From an uncultured Candidatus Binatia bacterium (GTDB taxonomy: Bacteria; Desulfobacterota; Binatia; Bin18), in assembly GCA_965200125.1 (NCBI GenBank), contig OZ241332.1, positions 2,830,438 to 2,894,437 on the forward strand: a stretch of DNA of 64,000 nt, in the 5' to 3' direction. Shown here piece after piece: positions 48,503-58,023 of the stretch (position 1 is the stretch's first letter; the number at the start of each line of letters is the position of its first letter). The notes beneath the pieces were generated by a model, which searched no databases, was not told the origin of the DNA, and saw only the letters and a program-made list of their open reading frames with translations. The translations under genes were made by a program, and so were the position numbers.

Positions 48503-48547
48503 GCGCCGTTGCGCGGACATGGATCGAACGCGCCGACGCGGTCGTTG

Positions 48548-48572
48548 ATTAAGTACCAAAGTGGTACTTAAT
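48548..48572. promoter_or_regulatory. AT-rich palindrome attaagtaccaaagtggtacttaat immediately upstream of hicA. Putative HicB operator (or terminator of the SDR gene).
   Basis: 10-bp perfect inverted arms read in the sequence. Position relative to the TA module. Confidence 0.4.
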
Positions 48573-48576
48573 AGAA

Positions 48577-48790
48577 ATGCAGCCCAAGGTTCGGGCCCTG
48601 ATCAAAGCACTGGAGGCTGTCGGATTCGCCGACAGAGGGGGGAAAAGGGAGCCACAAGAATTTCAAACGTCCCAGCGGGGTCCGCGTCACCTTAAATGGG
48701 CGGCTGGGAAGCGATGCACGGGCATACCAGGAGCGCGACGTGAACGCGGCCATAGAGAAGGTGCGCCATGAAAAAAAGGAAAGAAAGTGA
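48577..48790 (+). pseudogene. hicA: hicA-family toxin gene carrying a +1 frameshift, probably in the G6/A4 homopolymer at 48635-48646.
   Basis: Frame 1 gives MQPKVRALIKALEAVGFADRGG. The HicA core GSHKNFKRPSGVRVTL continues in the next frame and ends 20 nt inside hicB. Confidence 0.5.
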
Positions 48791-49118
48791 CCGCTACCTG
48801 AAAATCGTCGAATGGTCCGCTGAGGATCAATGTTATGTCGGCAGAGCGCCCGGCGTCATGTTGGGCGGAGTCCACGGGCAGGACGAAGCCAAAGTGTACG
48901 CGGAATTGTGTCGCGTCGTGGAAGAGTGGATACGCATTCAAGAAGCTGACGGGGACGATCTTCCACCTGCAACGGCAAACAAGACGTATTCGGGGAAATT
49001 CAATCTCCGGGTCGGTGAATCCCTGCACGAACGGCTGGTGGTTGCTGCGCTCAAAGCCGACCAGAGTTTGAATGCTTTTTGTGTGAAAGTCCTCCGAAAA
49101 GGACTCGGGCGAACGTAG
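48768..49118 (+). CDS. hicB: HicB-family antitoxin (RNase H-like N-domain plus C-terminal RHH DNA-binding domain).
   Basis: C-terminal RHH sequence GKFNLRVGESLHERLVVAALKADQSLNAF. Confidence 0.7.
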   Translation: MKKRKESDRYLKIVEWSAEDQCYVGRAPGVMLGGVHGQDEAKVYAELCRVVEEWIRIQEADGDDLPPATANKTYSGKFNLRVGESLHERLVVAALKADQSLNAFCVKVLRKGLGRT

Positions 49119-49135
49119 CGGAAGTTCTGCACGCG

Positions 49136-49408
49136 CTACTCGAAAAGGTCGGCGTGAGAGCCGGTACGTTCGAGCCGAAGAGACTGATCGTCGACCGAGT
49201 AAATCAGGATCCAGTCGGACTCGATGTGGCAGTCTCGGCAATTCTTCCAGTCGCCGGCCAGCGCATGGTCCCGATGTTCGGGGCCGAGAGCTTCGCTTTT
49301 CGCTAAACGGCTGACGACGACTCCCAGCTTTTCAACGTCTTTTCCCCGTCTGCGCATTCGTTCGACGTCCTTCCTGAACTGTTTCGTCTGAGAGAGCTTT
49401 TTCATCAT
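49136..49408 (-). CDS. yafQ: YafQ/RelE-family type II toxin (mRNA interferase).
   Basis: KDWKNCRDCHIESDWILIYSVDDQSLRLERTGSHADLF matches the YafQ C-terminus. Confidence 0.7.
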   Translation of the reverse strand: MMKKLSQTKQFRKDVERMRRRGKDVEKLGVVVSRLAKSEALGPEHRDHALAGDWKNCRDCHIESDWILIYSVDDQSLRLERTGSHADLFE

Positions 49409-49441
49409 TCTTCTTCCATCTTGTCTTCCCGGCAGGGATTT

Positions 49442-49611
49442 TTATTGGAGAATTACATACAAGAGGATCCTAGAATTCTCTCCTGACTTGTATCCGCAAC
49501 CCTTGGTTGAAAACCGTTTGACCTTCTGACAGGCTCGATGCATCGTAAGCTCGGGGACCAACCTTTCGAGCTTGTCGAAACGGGCGAAGGATCATCTCGT
49601 ATATAATCCCC
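49442..49611. mobile_element. MITE-like element (TIRs ggagaattacatacaagaggatcc / ggatcatctcgtatataatcccc) inserted between the dinJ stop and the yafQ start.
   Basis: The right TIR ends 2-3 nt from the dinJ stop codon at 49614-49616. 170 bp. Confidence 0.65.
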
Positions 49612-49613
49612 TT

Positions 49614-49886
49614 TCATTTCCAACTCTCCATCATGTCCTCCAGTGTATCGAACGTCTCAACTTCCTCGCCTGTACGACTTTTCTCAAGGGTCCGCTTGGT
49701 GGCGGCGTTCGGGACCAGCACGGGAAACGGGATCCCTCCGTGCATGCAAATCTGGTGGTAGAAGAGCCGGATCGCCTGAGTCGGGGTAAGGCCGAGTTTT
49801 CGTAGGACACTTTCCGCCCGCTTCTTGGTTTGCGGCTCTACACGAGCGTGAACGATAGCCGATTTATGTGTAGGTGATCTGCTCAT
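49614..49886 (-). CDS. dinJ: DinJ/RelB-family antitoxin.
   Basis: RHH antitoxin pattern (IVHARVEPQTKKRAESVLRKLGLTPTQAIRLFYHQI...GIPF). Confidence 0.7.
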   Translation of the reverse strand: MSRSPTHKSAIVHARVEPQTKKRAESVLRKLGLTPTQAIRLFYHQICMHGGIPFPVLVPNAATKRTLEKSRTGEEVETFDTLEDMMESWK

Positions 49887-50013
49887 GGAAAAAACGTATT
49901 ACATATGCAACATGAAGACAACCTTCCTCGCCCCTCGAGTCCAGAGGGCCTGGTGTCGTTTTCCCTGCATTTTCTGTTATCCTCGCGCCGCTTTCTGACG
50001 AAGGAGGAAACGC

Positions 50014-50775
50014 ATGGCAGAACTGACGAAGGGCAAGGTTGCGCTGGTCACCGGCGCGGGATCGGGCATCGGACGGGCCGCGGCGCAGATATTCGCGCGC
50101 GAAGGCGCCAAGGTCGCGGCCGCGGACGTGAATCGGGCGAGCGCCGAGGAAACCGTCGGCATGATCCGCGAGGCGGGCGGCGAGGCGTTCGGTTTGCAGG
50201 CGGACGTGTCGAAGGCGGCAGAGGTCGAGGCGATGGTGGACGCGGTGGTCGGGACGTACGGCCGGCTGGATTGCGCGTTCAACAACGCCGGCATCGAAGG
50301 CGTATTGGCCTCCACGGCGGACTACACCGAGGCGGATTGGGCGCCGGTCATCGCCGTGAACCTCACGGGCGTGTGGCTGTGCATGAAGTACGAAATTCCG
50401 CGCCTGTTGGAGACCGGCGGCGGGGCCATAGTCAACACCTCGTCCGCGGCCGGATTGCTGGGCGCGCCGCGCATGCCGGCCTACGTCGCCAGCAAACATG
50501 GCGTCATCGGCCTGACCAAGACCGCGGCTCTGGAATACGCCAAATCCGGTGTGCGCGTGAACGCAGTCTGCCCCGGCGTGATCGACACGTCCATGGTGGG
50601 CAGGCTCAAGGAGCGCCGGCCGCGTATGTTCGAGAAGATCGTGCGGGGGGAGCCGATCGGTCGTATCGGCCAGCCTGAAGAGATCGCCGAGACCGCGGTC
50701 TGGTTGTGCTCGGACGCCGCCTCGTTCGTGACCGGCCACGCCATGTCCGTGGACGGCGGCATCGTGGCGCAGTAA
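50014..50775 (+). CDS. SDR family oxidoreductase, paralogue of 47741..48502 (about 70% identical; C-terminal 25 aa identical).
   Basis: TGAGSGIGRA, YVASKHGVIGLT and the identical tail WLCSDAASFVTGHAMSVDGGIVAQ. Confidence 0.9.
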   Translation: MAELTKGKVALVTGAGSGIGRAAAQIFAREGAKVAAADVNRASAEETVGMIREAGGEAFGLQADVSKAAEVEAMVDAVVGTYGRLDCAFNNAGIEGVLASTADYTEADWAPVIAVNLTGVWLCMKYEIPRLLETGGGAIVNTSSAAGLLGAPRMPAYVASKHGVIGLTKTAALEYAKSGVRVNAVCPGVIDTSMVGRLKERRPRMFEKIVRGEPIGRIGQPEEIAETAVWLCSDAASFVTGHAMSVDGGIVAQ

Positions 50776-50816
50776 TCGGCCCGACAGACATCGGACCGCA
50801 AGAAGGAGGACGGAAG

Positions 50817-51737
50817 ATGGCATCGGGCACGCATGCGGACGGGCGGATATACTGCGGATTGCACCTCGGCGGCGGAGCCGCGCTGCGCGAAGTGGACGGC
50901 GCCCGCCGGATCGGCGAGACTGCTGAGGAACTCGGCTTCGACAGCATCGTCACCGGGGATCACATCACCATCCCGAAACGGATCGGTGCGACGTATCCCT
51001 ACGTGGACGCGGCGCGCGCCCGCGGCCAGGACCCGTATGCAGTCTTCACGACGATGGAATGGATGGACGCGTTCGTCGTGCTCGGCCTGCTCGTGCCGGT
51101 CACCACAACGGTTCGGCTGGGGACGAGCGTGACGATCGTGCCGTATCGGCATCCGCTGGACATGGCGCGCGTGGTCGCCTCGCTCGACGTGGCCTCGGGC
51201 GGCCGGGTGATCTTCGGCGCCGGCGTCGGTTGGATGGAGGACGAGTTCGAGTTGCTGGGCGTGCCGTACAAGCAGCGCGCCTCGCGTACGCGCGAATACG
51301 TCGCGGTCATGCGGGAAGTCTGGACCAGCGACGCCCCGCGCTTCGACGGCCGCTACGTCCAGATCGCGCGTGACCTGCACTTCGCTCCGAGACCGACGCA
51401 GAAACCGCACCCGCCCATTTGGGTCGGCGGCGAGTCCACGCCGGCCCTCAAGCGCGTGGTCGAATTCGGCCAGGGCTGGCATATCGGCCCGGTGCCGCTG
51501 GCCGAGATCCGGCCCCGCTTCGACGAATTGCGTCGTCTGATGGACGCCGCGGGCCGCGACTTCGCCGAACTGGAAATCACGTCGATGGTCGATCCGAGCA
51601 TCACCGCGGACGAAATCCGGACCTACCGCGACGCCGGCGTGCACGGTCTGCACGTCACCTGCGCGGCGCCAAAGCCGGAGACCGTCTGTGGCGTCATGCG
51701 CGACTTCAAAGCGAAGATGCAGCAATCGCTGGCTTGA
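50817..51737 (+). CDS. LLM class F420-dependent oxidoreductase.
   Basis: AAGGAGGA RBS. Luciferase-like barrel motifs (FDSIVTGDH, VIFGAGVGW). Confidence 0.8.
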   Translation: MASGTHADGRIYCGLHLGGGAALREVDGARRIGETAEELGFDSIVTGDHITIPKRIGATYPYVDAARARGQDPYAVFTTMEWMDAFVVLGLLVPVTTTVRLGTSVTIVPYRHPLDMARVVASLDVASGGRVIFGAGVGWMEDEFELLGVPYKQRASRTREYVAVMREVWTSDAPRFDGRYVQIARDLHFAPRPTQKPHPPIWVGGESTPALKRVVEFGQGWHIGPVPLAEIRPRFDELRRLMDAAGRDFAELEITSMVDPSITADEIRTYRDAGVHGLHVTCAAPKPETVCGVMRDFKAKMQQSLA

Positions 51738-51780
51738 GAGAGAAATTAGAGAGAGTTCGTTAGGAGAGAGAGGATCTCTT

Positions 51781-51993
51781 ATGCACAAGTTCGAGATGAT
51801 TCTCTACTGGAGCAGCGAAGATCGGGCTTTCGTTGCAGAAGTACCCGAACTACCCGGATGTATGGCGCATGGCGACGGTCAAGAAGCAGCGATCAAACAC
51901 GTCAACGAAGCTATACAGCTTTGGATCGACACGGCACGAGAGTTCGGCGATCCGATTCCGCAACCCAAGGGCGAACGTCTCATGCTCGCGTAA
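51781..51993 (+). CDS. HicB-like / UPF0150 family small antitoxin-type protein. No intact HicA partner found nearby.
   Basis: AGGAGAG RBS. Pattern FVAEVPELPGCMAHGDGQEAAIKHVNEAIQLWI. Confidence 0.6.
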   Translation: MHKFEMILYWSSEDRAFVAEVPELPGCMAHGDGQEAAIKHVNEAIQLWIDTAREFGDPIPQPKGERLMLA

Positions 51994-52313
51994 CGATGCA
52001 TTAGCTGACAATGCTTCAGGCATCGAAGTATAGACCTCCCCCAACATCAAAAAGACGAGAACAGAGCTCGGAAGCTTTCTTTTCCTGCTTTCTGGTCGGA
52101 AGCTCGAAGTCGTCCGATCTTTCTGCGAATGAGTCTTCTATCTATGGTGACGACTTTGGCCAGACGAACAAGCGTCGGTTTCGGAAGTCCTGCATTGTTC
52201 CACTCTTACAAGACGACGTCGGAGACGAAGCTGAGGCCGCGAAGATGACTCGTCATCATGGCGACCACATAATGTTCGTTCAACCCTCTCTGCGTCTGCG
52301 GGAGCAGGCCCGT

Positions 52314-52395
52314 AGGTCGGATCAGCCGGAGGCGTAATCCGACATCTCCGCGGTACGCCATTTGTCGGATTACGCTTCGCTAATCCGACCTACCT
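52314..52395. repeat. Second copy of the REP-like palindromic repeat seen at 13196-13275.
   Basis: About 80 bp near-identical. Confidence 0.55.
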
Positions 52396-52491
52396 AGGCA
52401 TAGCATCGCCAGTTGCCGCTCACCCTTGACCCCTTCTCCCGCCGCTCGTAAGGAAGGGCGGCGGACGATCATCGGAAGGAGATTGTTGCGT

Positions 52492-54558
52492 ATGTGGCGT
52501 GTCGGCGTTGACGTGGGCGGGACGTTCACCGACCTGTTCGGGTGGGAGGAGACGAGCGGCGAGCGGGTCACCGCCAAGGTGCTCACCACGCCGTGGGACC
52601 GCTCGGTCGGCGTGATCGAGGCGGTCAAACGGGCCGCGCGCGATTCGGTCGAAGCGGTCGAACAGTCGGGTATTCCGTTCGACCGCATCTCCTGCCTGGT
52701 CCACGGCACGACGACCGCCACCAACGCCCTGATCGAACGGTCGTACCCCAACCCCGCGCTGGTCACGACCGACGGATTCCGCGACACCATCGAGATCGGC
52801 CGCCAGCACCGCAAGGAACTCTACGACCCGTATCAGAAGAAGCCCAAGCCCCTGATTCCGCGGCGCTACCGCTACACCGTGCCGCAGCGCACCAACGTCA
52901 AGGGCGAAGAGGAACGGGCGCTGGATACCGCCGCGGCGCACGCCGTGGCCGAAAAAATTCGTGCCGAGGGCATTACGTCGGTCGCCGTGTGCTTCATCAA
53001 TTCCTACGTCAACGCCGCGCACGAGCGGCAGATGCGCGACATCCTGCTCGCACGTATTCCCGATGCGCACGTCATGCTGTCGGGCGAGACGCGACCGCTG
53101 TTCCGCGAGCACGGCCGGTTCGTCACCACCGCGGTGAGCGCCGCGCTCAAGCCGGTCATGGCGGCCTACTTCGAGCATCTGCTCGCGCGCCTGACCGACC
53201 AGGGGTTTCGGGGCTCGCTGCTGATCCTGAAGAGCAGCGGCGGCGTCATGGGCGTGGACCTCGCCAAGGAGCACCCGGAAGAACTGCTGGAGTCCGGCCC
53301 GGCCGGCGGCGTGGCGTATGCCGGCTACCTAGCCGAGACGACGCGCGAGCGCAGCATCATCTGCGCCGACATGGGCGGCACGAGTTTCGACGTGTCGATC
53401 GTCGAGGACGGCAAGGGGCTCGTCACGCGCGAATACGAACTCGAATTCGAGATGCCGATCATCCTGCCCATGCTCGACATCCACAGCGTGGGCGCGGGCG
53501 GCGGGTCCATCGGCTGGGTGGATACGGGCGGCTCGTTGCGCGTGGGGCCGCGCAGCGCCGGCTCGCAGCCAGGCCCGGCGTGTTACGGCACGGGCGGCAG
53601 CGAACCCACGGTGACGGACGCCAACCTGTTGCTCGGGCGTCTGGAGCCTACGCTCGGCGGGAAGATCAATCTCGACCGCGCCGCGACCGAACGGGCGATG
53701 GACACCGTGGCGGGTCGGCTCGGGCTGTCCGCGGTCGAGACCGCGGACGCCATGGTCCGCATCAGTTGCGAGATCATGGCGCAGGCCGTCAAGAAGGTCA
53801 TCATCAACCGCGGCCGCGACCCGCGCGACTTCGTGCTGACCAGTTTCGGCGGCGCGGGGCCGATGCACGCCTGCTTCGTGGCGCGCGCCATGGACATTCC
53901 GAAGGTCGTCGTGCCGGCCGCGGCCGGCGTGGCCTCGGCGTTCGGCGCGACCGTGATGGACCTGCGCCAGGACGTCGAACGCTTTTTGTACGCGCCGGTC
54001 GTCGAGGTCGATCTGGAACGGCTGAACGCGACGTATGCCGAATTGGAGCAGACCGCGCTGGACCGTCTCGCCCGCGACAACGTCGACGCCGGCAACGCGG
54101 CGCTGCACCGGACTGCGCAGATGCGCTACGTCGGACAGACGTACGAAATCGAGACGCCGATTCCCGAAGGGCCGCTGAGCCGCGATTCGCTGGCCGAGAT
54201 CGCCGCGGCGTTCCACGCCGCGCATAAACAAGAGCACGGCGTCAGTTCGGACATCTTCGAGCCCGCGTTCGTCTCGCTCAGCGTGGCCGCGACCGCCCCG
54301 ACCGCGGCCGTGCCCGCCTACACGCGGCTGGCCGGAAAGAACGTGGTCGCCATGAAGAACACGCGACCGGTGTACTTCGCCGGCGAGTGGCTGGACTGCC
54401 CGGTGTACAACGGCCAGATCCTCGCCCCCGGGCATCGGACCGAGGGACCCGCCATTCTGGAATATCTCGACTCGGTCGCCGTGCTGCCGCCCGGGGCCCG
54501 GGCGACCGTTGATTCGCACGGGAACCTTATTATAGACGTGGGACCAGAACGACGCTGA
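52492..54558 (+). CDS. hyuA: Hydantoinase/oxoprolinase A family protein (HyuA-like; acetone carboxylase beta / N-methylhydantoinase A superfamily).
   Basis: N-terminal VGVDVGGTFTD motif and hydantoinase A architecture. GGAAGGAG RBS. Confidence 0.9.
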   Translation: MWRVGVDVGGTFTDLFGWEETSGERVTAKVLTTPWDRSVGVIEAVKRAARDSVEAVEQSGIPFDRISCLVHGTTTATNALIERSYPNPALVTTDGFRDTIEIGRQHRKELYDPYQKKPKPLIPRRYRYTVPQRTNVKGEEERALDTAAAHAVAEKIRAEGITSVAVCFINSYVNAAHERQMRDILLARIPDAHVMLSGETRPLFREHGRFVTTAVSAALKPVMAAYFEHLLARLTDQGFRGSLLILKSSGGVMGVDLAKEHPEELLESGPAGGVAYAGYLAETTRERSIICADMGGTSFDVSIVEDGKGLVTREYELEFEMPIILPMLDIHSVGAGGGSIGWVDTGGSLRVGPRSAGSQPGPACYGTGGSEPTVTDANLLLGRLEPTLGGKINLDRAATERAMDTVAGRLGLSAVETADAMVRISCEIMAQAVKKVIINRGRDPRDFVLTSFGGAGPMHACFVARAMDIPKVVVPAAAGVASAFGATVMDLRQDVERFLYAPVVEVDLERLNATYAELEQTALDRLARDNVDAGNAALHRTAQMRYVGQTYEIETPIPEGPLSRDSLAEIAAAFHAAHKQEHGVSSDIFEPAFVSLSVAATAPTAAVPAYTRLAGKNVVAMKNTRPVYFAGEWLDCPVYNGQILAPGHRTEGPAILEYLDSVAVLPPGARATVDSHGNLIIDVGPERR

Positions 54559-54588
54559 ACACGTCCGACGCGATGAAGGAGGCCGGCC

Positions 54589-56400
54589 ATGCAGTCAAGC
54601 ACGCTCGAAAAAACCGCCGCCCGCATTCAGGATCGGGACGGACTCGACCACGTGACCTTCGAGGTCTTGCGGAATCTGTTCGAATACACCTGCGACCGGA
54701 TGACCGCGGTGCTGCAACGCGCCTCGTTCTCGCCCATCCTGTCCGACATGGTGGACTTCTCCAATGCGATCTACGACCCGGACATGCGGCTGCTGAGCCA
54801 GGCGGCCAACGTGCCGGTCCACTTGGCGGCCATGAAATACTCGGCCCACGCGGTGCGCGACGAATTCGGCATCGAAAACATGCGCGACGGCGACATCTAC
54901 GTGGTCAACGACCCGTATCGCGGCGGCACGCACATCAACGACATCTCCTGGATCAAGCCCGTGTTCTACCGAGGGACCGAGTTGCTGGGCTTCGCCGTCA
55001 GCCGCGGGCACTGGATGGACTTCGGCGGCGGCGCCCCGGGCGGCCAGGCGTGGGGCACCCACATCGCCGAGGAGGGGCTCCGGCTGCCGCCCATCAAGGC
55101 GTTCGAAAACAACACCGTCAAACCGGACATTCTGAAAATCCTGCTCGCCAACACGCGCACGCCGCACTTCATCCAGGGCGACCTGCAAGCCCACGTCGGG
55201 TGCCTCAAGGCCGCGGAAGAGGAACTGCGCGCCGCGGCCGAACGCTACGGCGTGGACACGGTCAAGGCGGCCATGTCCGAACTCATCGCCTACACCGAGC
55301 GCATCGTGCGCGCCCGCATCGCGGACATTCCCGACGGCGTGTACGAGGGCGAGGACTACGCCGACACCGACGGCCAGACCGACACGCCGGTCAAGGTCAA
55401 AGCCACGCTGACGGTCGGGGGCTCGGACATCACCGTGGACCTGACCGGCTCCGACCAGCAATGCCTGGGCGCCATCAACTCGCCCAAGGCCAACACCCAC
55501 TCGGCCGTGTTCTATTCGCTGCAGTTCTTCCTGGAGCCGAGTGCCCCGCAGAACGAAGGCATGTTCAATCCCATCAGCGTGATCCTGCCCGACGACTGCT
55601 GGCTGAACCCCAAGTGGCCGGCGCCGACCATCGGCTGCACGGTGCTGGCCGCGCCCAAGGTTGCCAGCGCGGTGTGGCAGGCGGTCGCCAAGGCGCTGCC
55701 CGACCGCGCGGTCGGTTCGGCGTGCGGCGACTGCAACTGGTTCGTGTGTGGCGTGCGCGAGGCCGACGGCAAGACCGACGTCTTCTCCGACCTGCCGGCC
55801 GGCGGCTGGGGCGGCACGCCGTTCGCCGACGGCATGAACGTCACCATGGACCCGCTGGGCAACTGCATGAACATGGAGGCCGAAACCGCGGAACTGATGT
55901 TTCCGATCGCGTACGAGGCATTCGACATCCGCCGGGACTCGGCCGGAGACGGCTGCCACCGCGGCGGCCTGGGCTCCAACCTGAAGATCCGGTTCTTGTG
56001 CGACGGCGCTATGAGCGTGGAAACCGCGCGAACGCGCGAAGGCACCCCGGGCGTGAACGGCGGCCAGCGCAGCGCGCCGCAGCGCCTGTGGCATCTCTCC
56101 CCGGACGGCGACAGGAAAATCGTGGGCGGCATCGACGGAGATGGCCGCTGGCGGAACCCGTTACTGCGCGGCCACAAGCTCGGCTACGGCGACACCTTCT
56201 GGTTCGAGACCACGGGCGGCGGAGGCTGGGGCAACCCGCTCGACCGGCCCGAGCAAGAGGTACTGGACGACGTCCTCGACGAATACGTCTCAGTCGAAAA
56301 GGCGCGCTCCGTGTACGGCGTCGTCGTCGACGTCAACGCCAAGACGGTCGATGCGGCCGCCACGCAGCAGCTTCGCGCCGACCTGCGCGCTGGCGGCTGA
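54589..56400 (+). CDS. hyuB: Hydantoinase B/oxoprolinase family protein (HyuB-like).
   Basis: Hydantoinase B motifs (DPYRGGTHINDI). GAAGGAGG RBS. Confidence 0.9.
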   Translation: MQSSTLEKTAARIQDRDGLDHVTFEVLRNLFEYTCDRMTAVLQRASFSPILSDMVDFSNAIYDPDMRLLSQAANVPVHLAAMKYSAHAVRDEFGIENMRDGDIYVVNDPYRGGTHINDISWIKPVFYRGTELLGFAVSRGHWMDFGGGAPGGQAWGTHIAEEGLRLPPIKAFENNTVKPDILKILLANTRTPHFIQGDLQAHVGCLKAAEEELRAAAERYGVDTVKAAMSELIAYTERIVRARIADIPDGVYEGEDYADTDGQTDTPVKVKATLTVGGSDITVDLTGSDQQCLGAINSPKANTHSAVFYSLQFFLEPSAPQNEGMFNPISVILPDDCWLNPKWPAPTIGCTVLAAPKVASAVWQAVAKALPDRAVGSACGDCNWFVCGVREADGKTDVFSDLPAGGWGGTPFADGMNVTMDPLGNCMNMEAETAELMFPIAYEAFDIRRDSAGDGCHRGGLGSNLKIRFLCDGAMSVETARTREGTPGVNGGQRSAPQRLWHLSPDGDRKIVGGIDGDGRWRNPLLRGHKLGYGDTFWFETTGGGGWGNPLDRPEQEVLDDVLDEYVSVEKARSVYGVVVDVNAKTVDAAATQQLRADLRAGG

Positions 56401-56429
56401 CCGCCGAAGGTCTTTCTCGCAATAAAAGT

Positions 56430-56810
56430 ATGGGACTCGTTCGCACAAAAATCCGTCTTTCGAACCCTCGGGATCCAGCCATCAGAGCACTGGAGACGAG
56501 CGCCCTCGTCGATACCGGTGCCGTGACGTTGTGCATTCCCGAGCACGTCTCCCTACAACTCAAGCTGACCGCTATCGAACAACGCGAGGTCACGACCGCG
56601 GACGGAAAACCCCATCTCGTCCCGTATGTCGGCCCTCTTCAGGTAAGGTTCGAGAACCGGACGTGTTTCACCGGCGCGCTCGTGCTGGGAGACACCGTGC
56701 TGATGGGCGCCGTTCCACTGGAAGACATGGACTTGGTGATACATCCGCGGGAGCAGACACTCACGGTCAACCCGCTCAGCCCCAACATCCCCTCCGCCAT
56801 CGTGAAATAA
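56430..56810 (+). CDS. Retropepsin-like (clan AA) aspartic protease domain protein.
   Basis: ALVDTGAV catalytic motif. 126 aa. Called from the tail of track ORF 54573..56810. Confidence 0.5.
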   Translation: MGLVRTKIRLSNPRDPAIRALETSALVDTGAVTLCIPEHVSLQLKLTAIEQREVTTADGKPHLVPYVGPLQVRFENRTCFTGALVLGDTVLMGAVPLEDMDLVIHPREQTLTVNPLSPNIPSAIVK

Positions 56811-56832
56811 TCCCGCAGCCCCCTGCGATCAG

Positions 56833-57357
56833 CTAGGGTACCGGAACGAGCGGAAAGTTCCCTTCGACGAAGAACTTCGGTTGCAGCAGCCAGACCAGCG
56901 CGCCACAGCCGAAGGTCGCGTCCCGCCACCGCGCTATGTCCAGGTCAAGCCGTGCCAACGCCGCAGTCGGAAATCGCAGATCGCCGCCGCCGATCAGCCG
57001 GCTTGCCAATTCCGACCACGTCGGCTCGTGGCCGGCCAGCATCACCCTGGCCGCGGCGTCGGGCAGCCCGCGGATTTCCTCTAGCACGGATGCGGCGTCG
57101 GTGTTGTATAGCGCGTCGCTGGTTTCGACCGGGCACGTCCAACCCCCGGCTGCGTGCGCTAACTCTACCGTGGTGCGAGCACGGACCGCGGATGATGTGA
57201 CGACCAAGTTCGGGAGTTGGTCCGCCGCGGCAAGCACTCGGCCCATGACGCGCGCGGACTCACTCCCGCGCTTCGTCAGCGGGCGCTCGTGGTCACCCGG
57301 AATGCCGGCATGCCAATCCGACTTGGCGTGCCGGAACAGCAGGAGACGCTTGGACAT
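56833..57357 (-). CDS. sixA: Histidine phosphatase family protein (SixA-like phosphohistidine phosphatase).
   Basis: LLFRHAKS (RHG motif) and a second His in GHEP. Confidence 0.75.
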   Translation of the reverse strand: MSKRLLLFRHAKSDWHAGIPGDHERPLTKRGSESARVMGRVLAAADQLPNLVVTSSAVRARTTVELAHAAGGWTCPVETSDALYNTDAASVLEEIRGLPDAAARVMLAGHEPTWSELASRLIGGGDLRFPTAALARLDLDIARWRDATFGCGALVWLLQPKFFVEGNFPLVPVP

Positions 57358-57360
57358 CGG

Positions 57361-58023
57361 TCAGGTGAGCCCAGGCGGACTGCGGTTCACCTCCGCGGCA
57401 GCGCGATAGGCAGGCCGTGCCATCAGCCGCTGTACGTACTCGGCCAGCTCGGGCGCCAGCGGAATTTTACAGTACCGCGCCCAGGTCAGACACGTCGTCA
57501 ACAGTACGTCGGCACAGGTGAACCCGTCGCCCAACAGGTACGGTCCGCCCGACCGCAGCGTACGGGTGACCGCAGCGACTTGGCGCGCGAAGCCTTCTCT
57601 CGCGGCCTGCACCGCGTTCGGCGCCGCACCGTACAACGCGGCCAAGTCTTCGTGCCGGCGCAGAACGTAGAGTGTGTGGGCGTCGAGTTCGGTCATCACG
57701 AAGAAACACCACTGGTCGTAGAGAGCGCGTTGCGGCGTGCCGGGAGGCGGCACCAGCCCCGAGCCCGGCGCGTAGTTTTCCACCAAGTAGTTGATGATCG
57801 CGGCGCTCTCGGCCAGCACGAGGTCGCCGTCCTGCAACACCGGGATCTTGCCACGCGGATTGAGGGCGCGGAATTCCGCGGTGTGCGTTTCGCCGGTACG
57901 CGATCCGATCGGGCGTTTCTCATAGTCCAGGCCGAGTTCATGCAGCACCCAGTGCGGACGCAGTGTGCGCGTCGTGCCTGCACCCCACAGGATGAGGCTC
58001 GATGCTTGCCGCTCAACGGTCAT
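57361..58023 (-). CDS. Glutathione S-transferase family protein.
   Basis: Thioredoxin-like N-domain (KIPVLQDGDLVLAESAAIINYL) plus a helical C-domain. Confidence 0.8.
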   Translation of the reverse strand: MTVERQASSLILWGAGTTRTLRPHWVLHELGLDYEKRPIGSRTGETHTAEFRALNPRGKIPVLQDGDLVLAESAAIINYLVENYAPGSGLVPPPGTPQRALYDQWCFFVMTELDAHTLYVLRRHEDLAALYGAAPNAVQAAREGFARQVAAVTRTLRSGGPYLLGDGFTCADVLLTTCLTWARYCKIPLAPELAEYVQRLMARPAYRAAAEVNRSPPGLT

